From Chiloscyllium plagiosum (lineage: Eukaryota): a stretch of 20,000 bases of DNA. Below the pieces are notes generated by a model. The model saw only the letters and a program-made list of their open reading frames with translations, made no database searches and was not told the origin of the DNA. A program made the translations under genes and the position numbers. Where the stretch lies: positions 1,284,854 through 1,304,853 of the forward strand of contig NC_057753.1 of NCBI RefSeq assembly GCF_004010195.1. The letters run 5' to 3'. This document shows, piece by piece, positions 9,470-19,504 of the stretch. The stretch's first letter is position 1; each line of letters begins with the position of its first letter.

Positions 9470-10800
9470 CGAGACTCTGACTTAAGAAATATGGATACTC
9501 ATTGAGGTGAAAAAAGAGTGATTTTATGTTAGGTGTCAGGGAGAAAATACAACTGAGACCTAAGCTGATACAGGGATTCAGAAGGGTGGTAGAAATGTAA
9601 ATAAGAGACGCAAAGTAGAATTTTGAGAAAACACTGTCAGCAAAAATAAATTTGATGCTCAACATTGTAAAAGGTTTGCGAATTGAGGAGTCAGTCTGAT
9701 CAGTGACTAAAAGAGGCTTATACATCGAAGCACGCGATGCTGTGGTTGAGTTCCTTCTTTAAAAAAAAAGTTAATCTTTGCTTACCAAGTGGACAGATTC
9801 TGCTCGGTGTAGGGGGAGTGGGATGAAATCCTGTAACTGGGATCGTTTTCAAATGATGAGGAGCTTTAATAATTCGTTAGTACTTATGTTTGACAAGGCA
9901 CTAGGACCGCATGAGATGCAACCAAGGATATTCAAAGAAGTGAAAATGGACATTACTAATGTACCAATTACTGGTCTTTCGTAGATTCAGAGGTGGGGCC
10001 AGAGGATTGAAGAATTGCAAACATAAAGTGTTTGGGGAAAAAAGGTGTAACCAATAACAGAGGCCGATCCATTTATCCACAGTATCGTGGGAGCTTTCAG
10101 AAGCAATAATTCAGAATGCAATTAATAGAAATAAAGAATAACATAGATTGATTAGTGAAAAAAAATCATGGCTATCTCAAATGAAAATCTTAATTATCCG
10201 ACTTACTAGTGTGGTCGTGGGTGGGGGACGTGTTGGGGCGGAGGTAGTATGGTTCGAATTGGCAATGGAAAGCTTGACGAGATAAATGTAAATGATGTGG
10301 CGATCGTTGCTCCAACGATGATAAAATTCAATTTTGACAATGAAAAGGAGGAAAGCCTGAACTTGACAAGTGAACGCTAAAATCGAGTAAACGTTAGTCA
10401 GAACTTATTAATAGGCAGATAAAGACGAGATAATGAATGGAAACTGTAGAGGATACAAATATAATTGCAGTAGAACCCCAACAGAAACATAAAGGTGAAA
10501 TGTGAAGAGAGACAGTATAAAAATAAAAACGAACTTTGAAGATAATGGGAAGGAACAATCGCAAAACGCATACAAGAGCCTGAAATTCTAAAAGCAAAGT
10601 ACTCACACAAACTGACTTTCATAAAAATAGGTTTATAGAAAAGGAAGAATGAAGTAATGGCATGAATGTTGGCTATTCTTCCAATGAGGAATTGGATTCC
10701 ACTCTAAACCTGCGTTTAATATCCACACATAGGATGAATTTGAAAGATATTCTACCTCACTTAGAACAAAAGACTGATTTTCAGATCCCCCAACGGTGCT
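9470..10800 (+). mobile_element. Highly decayed CR1 ORF2 fragment
   Basis: DKALGPHEMQPRIFKEV (decayed DKSPGPDGMHPRILKE) and PED*RIAN at 9890-10022; weaker HG.. and DD remnants further on. Extent beyond ~10320 is tentative. Confidence 0.6.
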
Positions 10801-11361
10801 TCGACCTTAATGTTGTGAAGAAATATGTATTAAATAGAAATATTTATGTGAAGTTTTTTTTTGTAAACGTGTCAGTAAATGATTTGGACATTGATTGAAG
10901 TGCTTAATTCCCAAAAGAAAACTCTGGGTTTCTGAGAATGTCTGCAATGTCAAAAGTAAAATGTTTATTCTGTTGAGTACACAAATTAAGATGTTTAGTT
11001 TAGCTTTGTCTTCAGTACAGCATTTTAAGTCATAAGTTAAGCAGAATCAAAAGTTGAATAACAACATCTCTAGCCAAGTGTAAATATCAAACATATACTC
11101 TATCAAACCGAGTTATATTCTGTGGTGCGACTTGTCCAGAATTATCATGAGCTGAGATAACAGCTTCGCTGCTCTCAGGCGTTTGAATCAATTGAAATAA
11201 AGAGGATTTTTTTTTCTTTAAAGAAATAATTGCATTGAGTATCTGGATACAAAGCAAAACTGTTGTGGTGAAGCTTATTGGGCGCTTTAAAGTCTTGGTT
11301 TTGTCCGGAATATTGCTGAATTTATACTTTTTTTCTCAGAGTAGAAGACAGCTATTTTTAA

Positions 11362-11597
11362 TGATAGCTCAAAAAACTCAGTAAGTCTGACAGCATCTAT
11401 GAAGAGAAACTAGTGTTAACATTTCGAGTCTATTATAACTTCTTCAAAACTGTTCATGGACTCGAAACCTGAACATACCGGAAGGAAACCACAAAGCATG
11501 CTGGATTCGAAATGCTTAACACAATGCTTAACAATGTTTTTTCTCTACATAGGAGATGCCAGACCTGCTAATTTTCCTCAGCATTCAGTGTGTGTTA
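11362..11597. mobile_element. Fold-back (inverted-repeat) Penelope-type pLTR remnant, second subfamily
   Basis: Left arm (- strand) reads ttgaaga...gactcgaaatgttaac...tttctct..atagatgctgtcagacttactgagtttt. Right arm (+) reads ggattcgaaatgcttaac...tttttctctacataggagatgccagacctgctaatttt. Homologous to 14161-14287. Confidence 0.65.
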
Positions 11598-11599
11598 TG

Positions 11600-11850
11600 G
11601 CCATTCCCAGGTCTTTTTGCCTCTGCCTCAAGCCGCTTCATTCTCAATTGAATTTTAGCCATCTCGAAAGATTTTGAGGCATTTCCAGTAATTTTAACGC
11701 TGAGCTCTCAATATATTTATCTCTCCTCACAGAAAGAGGCAGCTCCAACTCCAGATTGTCCACTAATTCCAGTAGCGTGGCGTTATTCACCTTTTACAAG
11801 GCCACCAAAGTCACTTCTTCCAGAAAACTCTTGGTGATTGGAAGGTCCAT
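11600..11850 (-). pseudogene. gag: gag N-terminal remnant of a second LTR retrotransposon
   Basis: ATG at 11850, ~120 bp downstream of the PBS, reading MDLPITKSFLEEVTLVAL*KVNNATLLELVDNLELELPLSVRRDKYI, then (frameshift) coiled-coil-like EMAKIQLRMKRLEAEAK. Confidence 0.68.
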
Positions 11851-11967
11851 TGCTATCCTAGACACTGTTTAAACCAACCTAATTCAACACCTGGAGAAAA
11901 GATAATAACTCCTACCATTTGATGCCTTCGACTCCAGAAATCCTAATACCAAATCGGAACTATAGAA

Positions 11968-11989
11968 CAAATTCTGGACGAACCCCCCA
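11968..11989 (-). other. Primer-binding site complementary to tRNA-Pro
   Basis: Minus strand TGGGGGGTTCGTCCAGAATTTG vs TGGGGGCTCGTCCGGGATTTG: 18/21 plus a 1-nt insertion; 3 nt from the LTR end. Confidence 0.82.
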
Positions 11990-11992
11990 GTC

Positions 11993-12655
11993 TGTTTTGG
12001 ACCGGGCAGACCTCATCAAAACATTTCAAGACATTAGCCCAAACCGTAACTTTGCTACTTGTTTTAAGTAAGTGTATCGTGGATATTCCAAAAGTGATTC
12101 AGCTGCCACAACCACTTAGTTTTAAACAATACAGAATTTATTTGTAAGACTACCAAATGAAACACAAACAAAAGAGAACAGAATAGACAATAACTTTTAA
12201 CCTATCAGAAAACTCAACGATGCTGTTCCAAAACAGTTGCAATTATCCCCATGAACACACCTAAGCAAGAAAGGAAAAATCAAATACAGGATCTCTCACA
12301 GGAGTGATGCCAGAAAGAGAGAGAGATGGCAGAGAGAGTCAGCATGGAACAGCTTTTTCCGTGTAGATGCTTCTTTGACCAGCAGTCTCAAAACCAGATT
12401 TTGTTTTGAACAGCCAGTCAGCAAAACAAAAATCAGAGAGAAGCTGAGCTAGGAGAATTGGCCATTCTCCTTTCATTGTACAAGTATTGTTTTTCTTTTA
12501 CTTGAAAGCCTTTAGTTTCAGGCAGTATCTGTTAGCTATAGTCAAATTGTCTCTAAAACCCATGAAAACCAGATCTCCTGGAGTCTGTGCGTTTTTAGCC
12601 TCTCTGAAAAAAAAAATGGGCAACATAACTCTGTTAAAGGAACAGTACCATCACA
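11993..12655 (-). repeat. 5' LTR (~660 bp) of the second LTR family
   Basis: TG...CA termini (+ strand TGTTTTGG...CCATCACA), minus-strand AATAAA near 12137-12142, followed on the - strand by PBS and gag. Collinear with 15426-16008 and 18903-19504. Confidence 0.82.
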
Positions 12656-12934
12656 ATGTATATGTTTCTGATTTCGAGAATCGGTTGTATCTTGGCTTTG
12701 TCCGACGTGGCATTTGAATTTCATGTAGGAATGAAAGCAGAACATTGTAAAAAAAAAAACTTATATTAATTACTCGTCATTCCAAATTCAAAAGAGGAAG
12801 CTTAGATTTAATATATCGTCATTCGAATTAGCTACGATTGGGTGGTAAATGGAAGGCGACTTGAATTAGAAAAAAGATAAATAAAAAGACAAGATGGAAG
12901 ATAAATAATGAACTGAAAACGATAGTGGAATGAA

Positions 12935-13154
12935 TGTCGAAGAGTGTGTGGCTGGAAAACATTGCCGATCCTGCAACATCTGAAGAGCAGGAGAGTCGAC
13001 GTTTCGAGCATAAGCTCTTAGAGCACAACCCGATGAAGAGATTATGCTCGAAACATCGACTCTTATGCTCCTCGGATGCTGCCTGACCAGCTGTGAGTTT
13101 TCAGCACCACACTTTTCGACTCTGATCTCCAGCATCTGCAGTCCTCCCTTCTCC
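12935..13154 (+). mobile_element. ~220-bp palindromic Penelope-derived mini-element with hammerhead-ribozyme core, flanked by a 12-bp direct repeat
   Basis: Inverted arms 12936-13019 and 13036-13120, unpaired tail to 13154. Core CCGATGA-A-GAG-ATTATG-CTC-GAAA-CATC at 13030-13057. TAGTGGAATGAA at both 12923-12934 and 13155-13166. Confidence 0.8.
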
Positions 13155-13489
13155 TAGTGGAATGAAAGAAATGATAAAGAAAATAACAAGGAAAATGAAT
13201 TTTATTTAAAAAATAATTTCAAACGCACAGATACGTCTGAAGCATAATGTAGAGAGGCATGAGATTAGAATAAAAGAAGAATGAAGAGGACGGAGCAAGG
13301 ACGATAATATATTAAGACAACTGATTCATTTAGAAATCTACATTTAGTATCGACATCAACAAAACATGAAATTGAGAGCTATCTTGTCTCCTTTGTAAAG
13401 GTTACTGAATGGGCAAAGTGACGAAAGGTTGCATGCACGGAAACCTGTTTTGTAGATTCACCAGGTTGACACCTGATTGGTAGGTGTGA

Positions 13490-14140
13490 ATGGTGTACCT
13501 CCCTCACTCTTTATTGAACCTGGGTTGACCTCCTCGGTTGATAGCAGTGTTAGATTAAGGTTGTTTTCGCCAATCCTGTGTAACATGTGATAGAGAAACC
13601 CTGAATGTGAACACCCCAGGGCCTAATCGATTCCTACTTTTGGTTTGCGACATCTTTGACAACTCTTTCCCAATTATTACGGAGGTATTGCCTCACAACT
13701 CGATGTTATGTTTCCTGAATATGAAGAGAGGTGTTAGTTTCCACAAGAACTGTGAGGTGGTCAATGGTACAGATATAATAATGCATGCATGGATGTACAA
13801 TAAACAAATTGGTGAGGATGAGGTCAAGTATATTTTTATTTTTTTGTTTGTTTCCCCTCTACCTTCTGCAGACACAGTTGAATAGCTACACCCCGAAAGA
13901 CCCTATTAATTCACTTAGCGGTGCTGCTTAAGGAACTATTGGTAATGGATATTCAAGACACCGTGTCAAGACTATTCTGTACGTGTTGTGACCCTCAATT
14001 CTTCCTGGGAATGGTGTCCACCGTTGTGGAGTACTGATTCATTAGCTGAAGGAACGGGCATGCAGCGTATCGTAAAATGCCTTTCTTGCCTATGTTTGAG
14101 CTGATACCATGAAAATTCACAATGTCCAGATCAATGGCTG
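13490..14140 (-). mobile_element. LINE (CR1/L2 group) endonuclease-domain fragment
   Basis: Minus strand reads GVLNIHYQ (decayed GDFNVHH), KNILDLILTNLF, IDHLTVLV (SDH motif) and INRGGQPRFNK (decayed KPGDQPWFN). Confidence 0.72.
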
Positions 14141-14160
14141 GGAGGAGCTGTTTCCACGGA

Positions 14161-14287
14161 TCTGAGGAAGGATCATTTTGCCCAAAATGTTAACTCTGAT
14201 TTCTGTCGACGAATGCTGCAAGACTAACTGAGCTTTTCAAGCGATTTGCTTTTGTTGCCGTTTAAAGCATCGACAGTTCTTTGGATT
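14161..14287 (+). mobile_element. Single Penelope-type pLTR remnant with decayed hammerhead core
   Basis: CTGAGGA (14162-14168), short stem II, then CAAAATGTTAAC (consistent with CGAAACGTTAAC after two CpG transitions). Downstream atgctgcaagact..ctgagcttttc is homologous to 11362-11597. Confidence 0.62.
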
Positions 14288-14591
14288 AGCACTTCGATCT
14301 TCGTCTTATCTCAGGCCGAATTCATCTTGGACAAAATATGATATCAATCTTGTTGGTGGTGACAATCTGGGCATAATATTTTCGTATTTACCAAATGTGA
14401 AGTATATCTAACACAGAGCACAAAAAAGCAGATGCACAGGCCAATGTAAAAGCGCAATATGTGAGTGGAATATCTAAATAGTTATTCTATACCCGGAATC
14501 CACTTCCAATATCAAAAAGTTTATTAATCTTTGGAGGAAAAAACCCTCTGGGAGGTCGAGGAAATATTTCATTGCATAAAGGCAAGGTAAT

Positions 14592-14940
14592 GCATGGTGA
14601 GGAAGAACATTTAAGAGTATAACGGGATCTTGATTCACTGGGCCAGTGGGCTGAGGAATGGAAGATGTTGTTTAATGTAGATAAACACGAAATGTTGCAG
14701 TTTTCTAACTAGGGCTGGGCTTGTACTGTTAATATAGAGCACCGGGGAGTTTTGTCAAATATACAGTCCTCGTGGTTAAGGGTCATGGCTTCTTGATTGC
14801 GGCGTCACAGTTAGAAACAATGGTGAAGAAGGCGTTAAGCACATTTGCCTCCATTTGTCAGACCATTGAGTATAGGAGGTGGGACATCAATTGAGGCTGG
14901 ACAAGACATTGTTAAGGCCACATTTGGAGAAGCGCGTATT
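14592..14940 (+). mobile_element. CR1 ORF2 C-terminal fragment
   Basis: RDLDSLGQWAEEWKMLFNVDK and KTLLRPHLE. Confidence 0.85.
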
Positions 14941-15059
14941 GGAGAAGGAAATGAAAATCGAGAAAAAAGGAAACTGCAAGCAAGTATACTTGACATATAT
15001 AATCATGAAGGTGTTAGAAAAGATTATCAAAGTCATATAGTGACGCACTAATTAAGATC

Positions 15060-15165
15060 CAGTTCAGCCAGGCGTTCATCATGGTGTCGTGAAACGGAAA
15101 TAATGCTATCAAAAATATTGAACTTATTTGGGAAAGTAACATGCATAATGGATAAATGAGAACTT
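15060..15165 (+). mobile_element. Possible short CR1 RT fragment
   Basis: catcatggtgtcgtgaaacggaaa...ttgaacttatttgggaaagtaaca...atggataaa resembles QHGFVKGK...IEFFEEVT..MDK; short and decayed. Confidence 0.4.
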
Positions 15166-15244
15166 GTCCCTCAAGATACTGTCTTTACTAGAACCGTCTT
15201 GACCTTTCCTCCATCATACGGTTACTTGCCAACGATCGCAAGGT

Positions 15245-15425
15245 ATTCAGTGCCATTCTCCAATTCTGATATACCGAAATAGCCCGTGCTCAAATGCAAC
15301 AAGATTTGGATGATATACAGGCATGGGTTTTCAAGTGACAATTAACATTCGCAACACACAAATGTCATCTTTTGAGAAATAAGAGTACAACCTTATCACC
15401 ATCATTTGAAATTTAACGATGTTAC
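15245..15425 (+). mobile_element. LINE (CR1/L2 group) RT C-terminal fragment, left part, split by a solo LTR
   Basis: MQQDLDDIQAWVFK*QLTF; reading continues collinearly after 16008. Confidence 0.75.
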
Positions 15426-16008
15426 TCTTATGGACCAGGCCAAACCCACTAAAAAGTATTTGAAGAAGGTAGCCCTGACTCTAACTTTTATTTCCCTTTA
15501 GTCAGATGTATATTGGGCATTCCAGAAGTGACGTAGCTCGTCAAACCATTCAGCTTTAATTACAACAGAATTTCTTTAGACATTGCCGAAGAAGCACAAA
15601 CAAAAGAAAACAGAATTTAGAAAAAAAGGCAACTTATTTCATAACCCAACAGACACGATTTCGCAACAGAATGAAACTGTTCCAATCCCTGCAACATTCC
15701 TTAAATGCGCCCCTTGGTAAAAGGTAAATTCAAACACGAGCTTTACAGGCAGGAGAGATTACAGAGAGAAACTTCAGACAATACCTCTCTTGAAGAATGG
15801 AACCTTTTTTCACTGTCCCTGTTTCTCGAGGTCCCCAGCTTTTTTCGACTATTTGCTGAAACAAACCAAGCCAAAATTAACGTGAACGGTGAGAACAGGC
15901 CAGTTCACTGCCATGGTTCAAGGTAACAAGATCCAACAAATCTTCCTTTGCATCCACCCTTGAAAAAAACTTTTAACATAACCTTGATAAAGCGGCAGAA
16001 TTGCCACA
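15426..16008 (-). repeat. Solo LTR (~583 bp) of the second LTR family inserted into a LINE
   Basis: End-to-end homology with 11993-12655 (tcttatggaccaggcc..., cacaaacaaaaga.aacagaat, aacataac..tg.taaag...caca). Both flanks are LINE sequence; degenerate 5-bp TSD GTTAC/GTCAT. Confidence 0.8.
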
Positions 16009-16600
16009 GTCATCGTCACTCAGTCTCTCACTATCAACATTTTGGTGTTTACTATTGAACAGGAACTCAAAAGGACATATAAACGAGGTGGCTAAAACAA
16101 CAAGTCGAATATTAGGAATACTGTGGCTAGTAATTCACCTCCTGACTCCCCAAAGGCTGCCTGTCATCAACAAAGTACAAGTAAGGAGTGTGATCAGTAT
16201 TCCTCACTTGAATGGATCGGCGCAACTCAAAGAGCATTCAAGAATCTTTACACCATCCAGGACAAAGCAGCCTAAGTGACTGGCACTAAAGTCGCGAGCA
16301 TCCATTTCATCCACCAAGGATCCTCAGACATCACCTTCGTAACTTGCGATCATTTCTATTAAGAAGGACAATGACATCAGCTCCATCTGCCTACACCTTT
16401 CTGTTCCCCTCCAAGCCCGTCTGCATCCTGGCTTGCAAATGTATCGCTGTATCTTCACTGCCGCTGTGTTAAAATCTTAAAACTCCCTCTCTAAAGGCAT
16501 TATGAGCTGCCCCACAGGAGGTGGACTGCAGCGGTTTAAGAAGGCAGCTTCTCAATGGCAAATAATAAATGCTGGCCACGTCACACAAAGGAATAACAAA
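16009..16600 (+). mobile_element. LINE (CR1/L2 group) ORF2 C-terminus and 3' UTR, right part
   Basis: HINEVAKTTSRILGILWLVIHLLTPQRLPVINKVQVRSV, TIQDKAA, terminal gcagcggtttaagaaggcagct, then AATAAA and an A-rich end. Confidence 0.8.
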
Positions 16601-16626
16601 ACGTGGATGAGCTTTACTTCGATTTG

Positions 16627-18902
16627 TAGAGTCATTAAGTCATAGACTTGTAAAGCACGGAAACAGACCCATTGGCACAACCCCATCATGTCGACAGTTT
16701 CCGAAACAGAATCAGTCCTATATGTCTGCATTTGCCTCATATCCCTTTAAATGTTTCCAATCCATGGCTCCCTAAAAATTTCTTTTAAATGTTGTAATTG
16801 TATTTATCTCTGCCACTTCCTTTGCTAGGTAGTTCTATACATGCAAAATCTGCATGAATAATAATTCTCCTCAGAACACTTAAAATAGTTTCTTCCTCAC
16901 CTTACCCCTATCCCCTCTAGCATTCAATTCTCCTTACCTGAAACAAAAAGTGCTTGGCTATTCACTTTATCTATGCGCCTCGCAAATTTATAAACCTCTG
17001 TGCCTTGTGCCTTCTACACTGCTGGAAAAGAAATTCCAGCCTATCCAGTCACTCTTTAAGTCTCAAATTTTCCAGTGCCTGTGGCATCATTGTAAATCTT
17101 TTTTCCACCGTTTTCAGTTTTATAATATGTTTCCTATCGCAGGGTGCACAGAACTGTACACAGTACAACAATGTACCCTTGCTAATGACACCAACAGCCG
17201 TAACATGACCTGCGAAAACCTGTACTCAATGCTCTGACTGATGAAGGTAAGCCTGCTCATGCCTTCTTCATTACCCTGTCGACCTGTGACGTTAATTTCA
17301 AGGAACAATCTACCTGAACCCCTAGGATTTTCTGTTCAACACATCTCCCTACGACCCTACAATTAACCGTAACACCCAGCTTTGGTTTCTCAAATCAAAT
17401 TGCAACAAATTGCATTTATCTAAAGTAGAGTCCACCTGCCATTCGTTGATCTACGAGTCCAATTGATCAAGATCAAGTACATCCTTAGGTTACCTTATTC
17501 ACTGTTCACTATCCATCAAGTTTGGTGTCCTCTGCAAACTTACTGCCAATGTTTCTGACATTCCTATCCAGATCATTTATTTAAACGGCAAGCAACAGTG
17601 GAGCCAACACCGATCTTTGCATCACATAGGTGGTCACAGGCTTTCAGTCTGAAAAGTAACGTCGTATCAACATCAACTGTCTCCTCTCATCAAGTCAATT
17701 TTGTATCCAGTCGGCTAGATCTCCCTGGATATCAAGTGTTCTAACCTTGCCAACCAGTCTATTATGTGGAAACTTGTCGAAGACCTCGCTAACACTCATA
17801 TAGACAATAGCTACCGCGCTGCTTTCATCAATATTTTGGTCACATCTTCAAGAACGTCTGAAAATTTCTGAGATATGATTGCGCCTAAGCACAAAGACAT
17901 GCTGACCATTCTTAATCCGTCCTTACCTTTCCAAGTGCATGTCGATATAGTTCCTCAGATACCCCTTCAGCAACTTATCCACCACTGACATTAGACTTGT
18001 CTATCTGTAGATCCCTAGCTTTTCCTTTCTTAAAAATGGTACATTAACCACCCTCCAGTCTTCCGGCACCTAACCCATGCTTCTGGGCAATGCAAATATC
18101 TCTGCTAAGTGCCCCACAAGTAATTCCTTTGCTTCCCACAATTTACTGGGACACTCTTGATCAGGACCCAGTCATTTATTTACTCTTATTTGTTTTAAAA
18201 TCTCATCACCTCCCCTGCTGTGGTGGACTCTCTAAACATCACTATGTATTTCCCCGAGTTTCCAACATTAATATGTTTATCCTCAGTGAATTCTTACATG
18301 AAATATTCGTTTTGCATCTCACCCATTTCCTGATGTTCCACACATAGATGACCTCGTTGATCCTTTAAGGCCATATTATCTCCTTAGTTTCTCTTTTGTT
18401 CTTAATATACTTGTAGAATCTCTTTGGATTCTACTTAACCTTATCTGCCAAATCTATCTCATGTGCACTTTTTTGCCGTCCTCATTTCCCTTTCTTAGTG
18501 TACACCTGCAACCCATACACTCCTCAACGGATGCACATCATCCCAGCTGTAGATACCTGGCATATGCTTCTTTCACTTGTTTGAACATTGACTCAATATC
18601 CATATCATGCTTTGTTCTTAATCTAGCCAGCCTTGCCCTTCTCACGAACAGGAACGTGCTGTCCCTGAATTCTCACTACCTCACTTTTGAAAGCTTCCCA
18701 CTTGCTTGATGTCCCGTTTCCCGTAAACAGCATCTTCCAATCAACTTTTATAAGTTCCCGTCTAATAACATCGAAATTGTCCTTGACCTAATTAGATCTT
18801 TAACTTGTGGACCGGGCTTATTCTTTTGCATACAGCATGAAAACTAATTGAATTGTGATCACTGGACCCAAAGTGCTCCGCCACGAATACCTCAATCATT
18901 TG
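16627..18902 (-). mobile_element. HER1-like CR1 LINE, ~2.3 kb (EN C-terminus, RT, 3' tail)
   Basis: 8-bp repeat tail (tagagtca ttaagtca tagac on +). Minus strand reads EHFGSSDHNSISF (EN), VAIVYMSVSEVFDKFP and GSKFAEDTKLDG (decayed FADDTKL, ~17511-17547). Confidence 0.88.
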
Positions 18903-19504
18903 TATCATGGCCCATGCCATACCCCCACGAGAATAATTAAAGCAGGCAGCCGAGACCTCAATTTTTCTTACTTTCAAAGGCAAAAATGAAATGCTTATTC
19001 CAGACGCAATGCAATTGGTCAAACCATTCTATTTTAAGCAAATTTATTTATATGCTGTTGTTATAATTCAACAAAAGAAAGAGGGAATTGGAATAACTTA
19101 ACTCGAATGGAATACTTAGCAGAATAATAGATACAGTAGCTACGAATAACTAAATGCTCCAATATAGTAATATCACATAAACACACTCTTTTGCACAAAG
19201 GAAAATTCAAATTCTCCCATGCGGCTCTCCCATCCACGAGGTAAAAAAACATGAGGAGAAAAATCAGAAAGAGTAACAGCCAGCTGACATTCATTGAAGC
19301 TTAAATTACCGTTGAGGCCACAATGGATTCTGCTTAAAGCTTAATCTAAAAATTCAGAAATCGTGCTCTGTGAGATCTGGCCACACCATGCAGTTAAGAG
19401 AAAAACTCAAGGACTTCCACGATTTTTACTCAAATGTTTCTGGTAGACTGCTTAATGACTCTGCCTTACAAACTGTCTGAACAAAAACACAGAAGAAAAT
19501 AACT
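18903..19504 (-). repeat. Third LTR copy of the second family, cut ~25 bp short by a younger CR1
   Basis: tatcatggcccatgccatacccc...aaagcaggcagcc...attccaga...gtcaaaccattc aligns with 15426-15555; minus-strand AATAAA near 19043-19048; final tctgaacaaaaac...ataact aligns with 12603-12630. Confidence 0.72.

Noticed and set aside
12660..13480. Very old CR1-like remnant around the palindromic element
   Set aside because: Only a weak LGFVRRGI-type motif near 12690-12715; too decayed to delimit.
11993..16008. Two LTRs as the ends of one intact provirus
   Set aside because: No gag/pol between them, the PBS lies outside the pair, and the second LTR sits within a LINE with its own flanks.
13490..16600. 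Twin-priming 5' inversion joining the minus-strand EN fragment and the plus-strand RT fragment
   Set aside because: They are separated by ~1.1 kb of other repeats, most of RT is missing between them and no shared TSD is visible; two independent copies is simpler.
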